Positions 17,995-25,601 of a stretch of 36,788 bases of DNA are shown in pieces. The stretch is from Candidatus Sumerlaeales bacterium. GTDB taxonomy: Bacteria; Sumerlaeota; Sumerlaeia; Sumerlaeales; Sumerlaeaceae. The first letter of the stretch is position 1. Each line of letters starts with the position of its first letter. A model generated the notes under the pieces. That model did not search any database. It had not been told where the DNA came from and worked only from the letters and a program-made list of their open reading frames with translations. The DNA lies in assembly GCA_038243585.1 (NCBI GenBank), contig JBBSQY010000035.1:1-36788 (forward strand), read 5' to 3'. The position numbers and the translations under genes are program-made.

Positions 17995-19272
17995 CTACTT
18001 CACATACGGTATCGTCAGCGGCCCCTGGGGCAACACTGCCAGTCGCGCATTCGGACCGTGTTCGCGCAGGGCCTCAAGGATTCCCGACTCAAGGTCGTCC
18101 ACCGGTTGCAAATTCAAGCGCCGAACAAGGTCCGGGTCCAGCGTGCTGAAAAGCCGCACGTCGGCCTTTTCCTGGATCAGCGCCAACTTTTGCGCTTCCC
18201 ACTGATCGAACACGCTGTATCCGGGAGCCTCTATCATGTCCAACAGCGCACGCGGATTAGGTCGGCTGGTCAGGATTTCATAAAAATTACCGTGGCTGGG
18301 GATTCCGTCGCTGCATTCCGCAACGGAAATGATTGTTCCACCTGGCTTCACGATCTGCGCCGCCGCCGACATCCCTTTCACCGCCTGGTACAGGTTCTGA
18401 TCGAGAGGAAAACCGCTGTTACTGGTGACAACAACGTCAAACGGCTCGTCGAATCCGACCGTCGCATGATCAAGTACTGCAGAGCAGCCGCGACGGTGTG
18501 CTGCCAGCCAGTCGCCTACGTAGTATCCCGTGATATCTTTCTGTCCGTTGAGCGTGACGTTCACCATAAAATCAGGCGGACACATCTCCGATGCCGCTCG
18601 TGTCTCCGCCTGTAACGGATTGTTCTCCAAAACGCCCCAGGTCGAATTCACGTGTCCGATCATGTAGGCGTCATGGAAGCTTAAAATATTATCAATGGCG
18701 GCGATGCCGGGGAACAAAGCTTTGGGACCGCCGGAGAATCCTGCAAAAAAATGGGGTTCGATGAAACCCATGGTCAGCCGCTTATCCGCCTTGACGTACT
18801 CCCGGCATAATCGAACGTTTACGCCCCGAGGGGTAACACCCACTTGCTCCATGGTGGAATCATCAAAGGAGTTGTGGTTGATCACTCGGCACTCGCCCAT
18901 CACCCGCTCGCCAAACATTTCGAGCAATTCCTCCGGCGTGTTGGGGCGATGCGCTCCCGTGCCGACGATCACCGTGACAGAAGCCGGTTTTACGCGCAGT
19001 TCATCCAGAATCCAAGGGATAAGTTTTTTATTGGGAACAGGCCGGGTGCCGTCACTGGTGACTATGACAAGGGATTCACCCGGCTTCATCAAATCCGCCA
19101 GTGGCGCACTGCCGATCGGTTGCCGAACAGCGCGCAAAAACTCCGCATACTCGTCCGCCAGCCCCGCCTGCCGTTGCGGCTCAATAACTGTCGAACAATC
19201 CCCAGGCACATCCACGACAACATGACCTCTGCCATACAGAATTTCAACTTTCAGCGGCGATTGCACACTCAT
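17995..19272 (-). CDS. larA: Nickel-pincer-dependent lactate racemase family protein
   Basis: SDGTRP, GAHR, INHN, EPHFFAGFSGGPK, FH and DQNLYQAVKG correspond to LarA active-site motifs; AAGGAG SD. Confidence 0.92.
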   Translation of the reverse strand: MSVQSPLKVEILYGRGHVVVDVPGDCSTVIEPQRQAGLADEYAEFLRAVRQPIGSAPLADLMKPGESLVIVTSDGTRPVPNKKLIPWILDELRVKPASVTVIVGTGAHRPNTPEELLEMFGERVMGECRVINHNSFDDSTMEQVGVTPRGVNVRLCREYVKADKRLTMGFIEPHFFAGFSGGPKALFPGIAAIDNILSFHDAYMIGHVNSTWGVLENNPLQAETRAASEMCPPDFMVNVTLNGQKDITGYYVGDWLAAHRRGCSAVLDHATVGFDEPFDVVVTSNSGFPLDQNLYQAVKGMSAAAQIVKPGGTIISVAECSDGIPSHGNFYEILTSRPNPRALLDMIEAPGYSVFDQWEAQKLALIQEKADVRLFSTLDPDLVRRLNLQPVDDLESGILEALREHGPNARLAVLPQGPLTIPYVK

Positions 19273-19344
19273 GGCAAGGCTCCTTTAGCGCAGGGGTTGA
19301 TCAGGTGAACAGAAGAGAGATACACACGGCGCGGATATTTCAGC

Positions 19345-19399
19345 AAAAAAAGCAAAGGAGCCGGCGTGGGAACTACCAATTGCCCATCCGGCTCCTGCT
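19345..19399 (-). terminator. Intrinsic terminator in the larA upstream region
   Basis: Minus strand AGGAGCCGG...CCGGCTCCT stem followed by TTGCTTTTTTT, about 70 nt before the larA ATG. Confidence 0.75.
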
Positions 19400-19574
19400 G
19401 TAATGAAACGTCGGACCAATTCTGTTAGAGCCGGCTAACGTTGCATCCCCAAAGCGATTAGTCCACCCTATGATCTGAAATTGGTTAACCCAGATTCAGT
19501 GCGAAAAGAAAGTATTACATTAGTGTCTATAAGGAGGTCGCACCTGGTATTTGTATTACAAAAAAGCGTATAAG

Positions 19575-19603
19575 TTGACACGCCGTCAAAAAGAGTGTAA
19601 ATA
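19575..19603 (+). promoter_or_regulatory. Possible sigma70 promoter for prfC
   Basis: Perfect TTGACA, a 17-bp spacer and a weak -10 (TAAATA); it overlaps an imperfect inverted repeat at 19580-19615. Confidence 0.4.
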
Positions 19604-19712
19604 CTTTGATGGCGTTCCGACCCGTCTTAAAACAACATAGAATGAAATCAGCTTACCACATCCACACCCCGTTTTGAATTGCGCCTCCACCCTCCCGGTA
19701 AAACAGCGAGAC

Positions 19713-21335
19713 ATGACCACTTCCATTCCAGCCGACCAGATTCAACGGCGACGTACATTTGCGATAATTTCGCACCCGGATGCGGGTAAGACCACGCTTA
19801 CAGAAAAACTTCTGTTATACGGCGGCGCGCTCCATCTCGCCGGTTCGGTAAAGGATAGAAAAGCCCAGCGCTCTGCCACCAGCGACTGGATGGAACTTGA
19901 GAAGAAACGCGGCATCTCCATCAGCAGCACCGTGCTCCAGTTCGACTATGAAGGCTTCCGGATCAATCTGCTCGATACCCCAGGCCATAAAGATTTTTCC
20001 GAAGACACCTATCGCGTTTTGACGGCCGTTGACGCCGTCGTCATGGTGATTGACGCCGGCAAGGGCATAGAAACCCAGACCCGCAAGCTCTTCGAAATCT
20101 GCCGTCGCCGCGGCGTTCCCATCTTCACATTTATGAACAAGCTGGACCGCATGTCGAAAGAACCGATGGAGCTTTTGGACGAGCTTGAAAGCGTGCTGGG
20201 CATTGGCGCCTTCGCGGTTAACTGGCCGCTCGGCATGGGCAGCCAGTTCAAGGGCGTGTATGACCGCCTGAAAAAACAGGTGCATCTTTTTGAGCGTACG
20301 GTAGGCGGTGCGTACCGTGCTCCCGTTCAGATCACAGATATTTCCGATCCCCAGGTGGACGCCACCGTAGGAACAGGCATAGCCAACCAGGTGCGCGAAG
20401 AACTGGAAATGCTGGAGGGAGCCGGAGAAGATTTCAACCATGGGTTGCTCCTGCAGGGTCGCCAGACCCCGGTCTTTTTCGGCAGCGCAGCTAATAATTT
20501 CGGTGTTCAGCTCCTTCTGGATTATTTCCTGGAATACTCCACACCGCCGCGCTCCCGCACAGCAGTAAGCGGTCGTGTGGTCGAGCCGACCGACGAAGCA
20601 TTCAGCGCGTTTATTTTTAAGATTCAGGCAAACATGGATCCGAACCATCGCGATCGCATCGCGTTTCTCCGCGTGTGCAGCGGGCGCTTCGAGCGTGACA
20701 TGCCGGTGACCCTTTCGCGCACGGGCGCGAAGATTCGCCTGTCAAATTCCGCAAAGCTGTTTGGACAAAAACGGGAAACTGTAGACGAAGGCTACGCTGG
20801 AGATGTTCTGGGACTGGTGGGCCATTCGGCGTTCCGTATCGGCGACACATTGACCGAAGATCCCGCCATACAGTACGACGAAATTCCTCGTTTCGCCCCG
20901 GAATGCTTCGCCGCTGTTTACAGCAAAAGCACGGCGCAGTTCAAGCGGTTCCGCGACGGCTTGGACCAGCTGCTACAGGAAGGCGTCGTACAGGGGTTGT
21001 ATCTCCGAAACTCCAACAGCCGCACCCCGCTACTGGCCGCCGTGGGTCCCCTTCAATTCGAAGTGGTCCAATACCGGCTCGAAAGCGAATATGGTGCAGA
21101 TTGCACCATCGACCAGACCGCGTTTCAGATAATGCGCTGGATTGATCCGGAAACGCCGGAAGATGCGATGGACGCAATGTTGATCCCCAGCGGAGCAGCC
21201 ATAGCAGATGATTCCCAGGGCCAGCCCGTGCTGCTACTCACCGGCGAATGGGCGGTAAATTACTTCCTGGATAAGAACCCAGATATAAAGATCTCAGATC
21301 AACCCTACATTTCGGAAATGACCATAGCGGAGTAA
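19713..21335 (+). CDS. prfC: Peptide chain release factor 3
   Basis: RRRTFAIISHPDAGKTT, SDWMELEKKRGISI, DTPGHKDFSEDTYR, FKIQANMDPNHRDR and VGPLQFEV. Start at ATG 19713. Confidence 0.97.
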   Translation: MTTSIPADQIQRRRTFAIISHPDAGKTTLTEKLLLYGGALHLAGSVKDRKAQRSATSDWMELEKKRGISISSTVLQFDYEGFRINLLDTPGHKDFSEDTYRVLTAVDAVVMVIDAGKGIETQTRKLFEICRRRGVPIFTFMNKLDRMSKEPMELLDELESVLGIGAFAVNWPLGMGSQFKGVYDRLKKQVHLFERTVGGAYRAPVQITDISDPQVDATVGTGIANQVREELEMLEGAGEDFNHGLLLQGRQTPVFFGSAANNFGVQLLLDYFLEYSTPPRSRTAVSGRVVEPTDEAFSAFIFKIQANMDPNHRDRIAFLRVCSGRFERDMPVTLSRTGAKIRLSNSAKLFGQKRETVDEGYAGDVLGLVGHSAFRIGDTLTEDPAIQYDEIPRFAPECFAAVYSKSTAQFKRFRDGLDQLLQEGVVQGLYLRNSNSRTPLLAAVGPLQFEVVQYRLESEYGADCTIDQTAFQIMRWIDPETPEDAMDAMLIPSGAAIADDSQGQPVLLLTGEWAVNYFLDKNPDIKISDQPYISEMTIAE

Positions 21336-21465
21336 GAAGAGAGGGGCACCGCATTGATGTTGCGGGTCGGCTGCAAATTAATTAAAAAGTCCACTTAAGC
21401 GGGGCTTCTCGACCGCTTCAGCATCTAACCTTAAAAATAAAAACCCACTGCCCGTACCAGTATCC

Positions 21466-24400
21466 CTACTTGGTCGAGTAAATCACCGTGATCACATTCT
21501 CCCCCGGACGGCGCACTTTCAACTTCAGTTCCCCGTTGTCGTACTGGCTGTCTGTCAGCGGCACCGGGCCGCCGTTAATGTCGAACCGGTGCGGTTTTCT
21601 CGGTAGCTTTATTGATACCGTGCTTAACTCGCCGCCTTTATTGTCCACCCGGACCGTAACACTGCGCCGATCTTCATTCTCCGTGGCTTCAATTTTGCCA
21701 CCGAGGAAGGCTGACTTGTCCCAGTCGGTCACTACCACCCCGTCTGCTTTCTTGTTAATAACTTCAGCGATTACAGGCGGAGCCAGCCACCACAGGTAAG
21801 GATTGACGCGGGCACGGTCCAGATACTCGCTCAGAGTTGCAAAGCTGTCGCCACCGAGGCGCGCCCGCAGGTAAATGTGAGGCAGAGTGATGTAACCGCT
21901 GTTGCCCTGATACAGGGTTTTATAGGGATAATTAAACTGGCCGTCCATCCACTGAGGATAATTCTTTTCAAAAACCTGCTCATAGTTTCGCAGGGCGTCC
22001 TGTGCATAAGTCATATAAAGATCATGATTTTCTGTCTGGATGCCATTTCCGCTGATGTTACTGGTGGCGTTCCACGGATAGCCGTCCAGTTCTCCTTCCA
22101 GAAAACCCTGTCCCTCGTGGAACCCAAGGACGACAGAATGGCTTCCTTTAAACCCGTTTGAGGCGGCGAAATCATTGTAAACAAACCGGTTCAAGCCAAT
22201 TATTGCGGTTCGCGCCAGGGTGTAGAGGCCGTAATGATAATCCTCCTGCCGACCGGCTCCCCGCGCGAGCTTCGCATAAGCAGCGGCGGCGGCGTAGGTG
22301 GCATTTTGTCCGTCACCGGCGCCAGTACCGTGACCGTGGGCACTGTTTGAAGCCCGCATCCATTCCCAGTCATCCGTAACAGTAAACCAGGTGAACATCC
22401 GCTCAACGGCATCCCAGTTATCAAGGGCAAGCTTCCAGTTACCGCTGTATTTCACATAAGTTTCCAGACCATATAAGGACAGGCCATTACCCCAGTCCTG
22501 ATCGTATTTCTTAAATTGAGGCCCTTGCAAAAATGAGGTATACCAGTATTCCAGTCCAGAAAATGGCTCAGTCTGGGAATTCCAAAAATGTCCTCCCAGC
22601 GCCGGAACGACTGTAGCTGCACCGTTATCCATCAGGAGTTTGCGATGCTTAGGCGTCAGGTAACTGTAAGCCTGGTAAGCCTGAGTGCGGGATTTGTAAA
22701 GCACATCCACTGCCGTAATGCTTGTGCTGGTTCCCAAGTCTGTGACGGCATAGTTATTAAGCAGGCTGATAAGAGGCTGCTGGTCAAACATTTCCAGCTG
22801 AGCTCGTTCTGCCAAAGGCGGCACTGGCAGATCGTATGACAACAAGTGAATGAGTTGGTCAGAGCCCTGACCAGACGAGCCCGCCAGGGCGGTCGTCGTC
22901 GTTCCTGCCGAGCTTAACGGGGTACTGTAGTGCATATCACCACTAAAGGCTAATACGCCGGTAGAAGACGTTTGCGGGCCGCTCACCGGATAACCCAGCG
23001 CCTGCTGTACATAATCAACCTGCGGCGGCCGAATCAAAAATGGCCCACCCAGATCCACTCCCCGAGCAGGACGGTACCTGGCGGCCTGAAAAACCCGGAT
23101 TGCAGAAGTATTTTTTATAGGCGTAAAATACTCGTCTACACCCACCGGCTCGTAAAGTCCCACGCGAAACCATTGGCGAAGCACCTCCGCCGGATCCTGC
23201 CCCGGCCGTACCGCGCGAGCAATATCCGACAGCGATTGAACAGGTCCACCGGCTTGAAACTTATATAAACCAAGCGGGTAAAATATATAGACGCCCGCCT
23301 CATCCTTTGATCCTTCTGGCCGCGCCAGGCTAATATCAACATGGGCCGAGGCCTGGGTTACGTTTACGGATAGCCCTGTCGCCACTAGAATGGCCGGGGT
23401 ATTGGATGGACCTGTAGGTAAAAATCCATAAGCTGAGAGACCAGACGGCTTCTTATCACCAAAAACGGCACGCATTTCGTCATCGGTAAGCGGAAAGATC
23501 TGGCCAGTGGTTTGAGGAAATCGAACTCGAAACTCCAATACCGAACCTTGTTCCAGGCGTAAAACCGCTCCGGGATAAAGAACGTTCTGGCGAAGAGAAT
23601 AGGAAACGGGCCGTGATCGGGCAATGCCAGAGACGCCGCTGAGACGGTGCCAGCTATCAATGCCCGGTTCCTGAGCGCCGCGCCTGGTTTCGACCTTAGT
23701 CACTCGGTCGAGCATGACGTCAAAAGTTGGCCCCTGCCGGGTCGCTATGCGAGTCGGACTAACCTCGCTCAGTGCGGGCAACCCGTTATGTTCCAGCTCC
23801 CCAAAACGGCCGAATGATGGACGTTTTCTTTGCAGAAGCGAGGCGCTAACCTCTGGGTCGGCCGCAAGTATCGCTGCGCGCGCAAGTTCAATATCGATGG
23901 TTGGCACCGACGAAGTCGGCTTATCTTCAGGGGGAGGAAGCGACGCAGGAACCGAAGGAGTCAGACAAAAAGTTAATGTTTTGGACTTAATTCCGAAAGT
24001 AGGACGCCCTCCCGGACCGGACATACGCAACGCGAACACGTTCACGCCGGGTTTTAACGCCTCCCTGTCTATCGTGTACATTCGCGGACGAAACTCCGCA
24101 ATGCCCCATCCCGAAGTCTGGCCAATCTGCTTCCCGTTCCAGAAAGCCTCGTCGTTTCCGTCGATGTCGCCGATGGTTATACGTCCGGAACAGGCCTTAG
24201 GTATAGGGTCGGGTAACTGGACAAAGCAAAACAGGACGCCGGTTCCGCCTTGCACGGCGCTGCGCAATGTAACCGTTGGCGTAGTGGGTGTGCCTCTCGC
24301 CCGGATCTGTTCCACAGTGCTGCCCGGCGGCAGATCTGCGGAAGCATACCAGGTAATCTTTCCCAGGTCATAACTCTTAAAGTCAAATATAGGCGGTTTC

Positions 24401-24522
24401 GCGGCCGAGGCTTCGGCGCGAGGCGGCTGCACAGAGCTGCCCGTAGTGACGTATTGTCCCATCGCCGCTCCAGAAACCGCCAGCAGAATGCCTGTCCAAA
24501 CCATAGGCACAGCAAATCTCAT
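21466..24522 (-). CDS. Large secreted protein, probable carbohydrate-active enzyme (sugar-binding jelly roll plus helical barrel)
   Basis: Signal peptide from ATG 24522. IGDIDGNDEAFWNGKQIG...LKPGVNVFALR resembles a galactose-binding/GH2-N domain. The C-terminal half is rich in Trp, Tyr and Asp and helical, like (alpha/alpha)6 glycosidases. Confidence 0.6.
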   Translation of the reverse strand: MRFAVPMVWTGILLAVSGAAMGQYVTTGSSVQPPRAEASAAKPPIFDFKSYDLGKITWYASADLPPGSTVEQIRARGTPTTPTVTLRSAVQGGTGVLFCFVQLPDPIPKACSGRITIGDIDGNDEAFWNGKQIGQTSGWGIAEFRPRMYTIDREALKPGVNVFALRMSGPGGRPTFGIKSKTLTFCLTPSVPASLPPPEDKPTSSVPTIDIELARAAILAADPEVSASLLQRKRPSFGRFGELEHNGLPALSEVSPTRIATRQGPTFDVMLDRVTKVETRRGAQEPGIDSWHRLSGVSGIARSRPVSYSLRQNVLYPGAVLRLEQGSVLEFRVRFPQTTGQIFPLTDDEMRAVFGDKKPSGLSAYGFLPTGPSNTPAILVATGLSVNVTQASAHVDISLARPEGSKDEAGVYIFYPLGLYKFQAGGPVQSLSDIARAVRPGQDPAEVLRQWFRVGLYEPVGVDEYFTPIKNTSAIRVFQAARYRPARGVDLGGPFLIRPPQVDYVQQALGYPVSGPQTSSTGVLAFSGDMHYSTPLSSAGTTTTALAGSSGQGSDQLIHLLSYDLPVPPLAERAQLEMFDQQPLISLLNNYAVTDLGTSTSITAVDVLYKSRTQAYQAYSYLTPKHRKLLMDNGAATVVPALGGHFWNSQTEPFSGLEYWYTSFLQGPQFKKYDQDWGNGLSLYGLETYVKYSGNWKLALDNWDAVERMFTWFTVTDDWEWMRASNSAHGHGTGAGDGQNATYAAAAAYAKLARGAGRQEDYHYGLYTLARTAIIGLNRFVYNDFAASNGFKGSHSVVLGFHEGQGFLEGELDGYPWNATSNISGNGIQTENHDLYMTYAQDALRNYEQVFEKNYPQWMDGQFNYPYKTLYQGNSGYITLPHIYLRARLGGDSFATLSEYLDRARVNPYLWWLAPPVIAEVINKKADGVVVTDWDKSAFLGGKIEATENEDRRSVTVRVDNKGGELSTVSIKLPRKPHRFDINGGPVPLTDSQYDNGELKLKVRRPGENVITVIYSTK

Positions 24523-24732
24523 CCTGCGAAAATCGGCCCTGCTATAAATGCCGAAGTTCAGCAGAGGAAAAACAGATTCTTTTTCATAATTTTCACAATC
24601 CGCTCCAGCCCTCATCTTACGCCAGTAGCTTTACAGCTAAAAAACAGATTATTTGCAGAGGCCGTCAAGAGACAAAACATCGCCACTAGAGGCAGACCAT
24701 GAGAATCCAATAAGAAAAGGATTTTTCAAATC

Positions 24733-24969
24733 ATGAGCGATCTCGTAACAGTAAGCACTGCGGCGCGCCGCCTGTCCGTCAGCAAGAAGCGCGTGTACCA
24801 GCTTATCCAGGCGGGCCATTTAGATAGTTTACGCCCTAGCCCGCGTTCTATCCGAATCACAAGAGACAGCGTCGACAGGTTTATCACCGATGGAGTGCGC
24901 AACGAAAAGCGCGAATTGGGGCTGGATCTCGAACCTCTTCCAAAGCGATCCCGGATACAAGGATTATGA
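24733..24969 (+). CDS. Small HTH_17 (excisionase/BldC-like) DNA-binding protein
   Basis: LVTVSTAARRLSVSKKRVYQLIQAGHL...SIRITRDSVDRFI is a classic Xis/MerR-like winged HTH; AAGGA SD. Confidence 0.85.
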   Translation: MSDLVTVSTAARRLSVSKKRVYQLIQAGHLDSLRPSPRSIRITRDSVDRFITDGVRNEKRELGLDLEPLPKRSRIQGL

Positions 24970-25079
24970 GCGATGTTAAAACAAAATTTTTTAGTTAATT
25001 TAGGTCTCTGGCAGAAAAAATTGTGTTTTGGTATGCGATCGGTTTGGGGTAAATCCTCAACCGATGGATCCTGACGCTT

Positions 25080-25425
25080 CTATTACTTATTATATATAAC
25101 ATAGTACTCTATATAATAGTATCTGTAGTAGGGCCTGTGGATATGGGGATAACATTTTAAGTTATCCCATATCAATAATGTGGGATGCGTTATCGGGTGT
25201 TGACGGAAATAGAAAGTCCCCACAGGACGCTGTTATACCGGCTGCGATTTTCAAATAACGACGTTTTTACTCACGAGCGTAAGCCAGCCTGTGTAAAACT
25301 TTCCAACGACTTCTGTCGTACCCTTGTCAAAAAGTGGAAAGTATCTGCCACCTCAACCACGACAGAACAAAGGGTTATTCACATATCCACAGGGTTATCC
25401 CCAAGCTGCCTGACTTGTGGACGAA
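25080..25425. other. oriC: Chromosomal replication origin oriC (DUE, DnaA-trios and DnaA boxes)
   Basis: AT-rich 25081-25125; TAGTAG trios at 25126-25131; GGCC; overlapping boxes TGTGGATAT (25136-44) and TGGGGATAA (25144-52); further boxes TGTGTAAAA (25290-98), TTATTCACA (25375-83), ATATCCACA (25383-91) and TTATCCCCA (25395-403); parABS in the same window. Confidence 0.88.
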
Positions 25426-25601
25426 AATCCTGACAATGTACTTAAGTACAATATTATCAAACATTAACAAAATATGATAAGGAAGATAACAGCTTGATCG
25501 GGCGAAAACGCGCCGGAAAAATTCAGAAAATTTACCATTTTCTCCACTTCAGCGACCACACCCGCAACCAGCCTGATTTTTGTAATTTTTACGCATCTAA
25601 A

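Noticed and set aside
19345..19500. NiCo or c-di-AMP riboswitch assignment for the larA leader
   Set aside because: It lacks the NiCo CUGAGCAGG...GUGGGACAG core. It shares only CUGAAUC and UUGGGG fragments with ydaO and not the 3' CAGCUAACC element.
25185..25433. 82-aa ORF in the track
   Set aside because: It lies across the DnaA-box cluster, has no SD or recognisable motif, and is most likely spurious.
24733..25600. Prophage or integrative element suggested by the excisionase-like gene and AT-rich DNA
   Set aside because: There is no integrase, att repeat, tRNA or phage gene, and the AT-rich DNA is explained by oriC.
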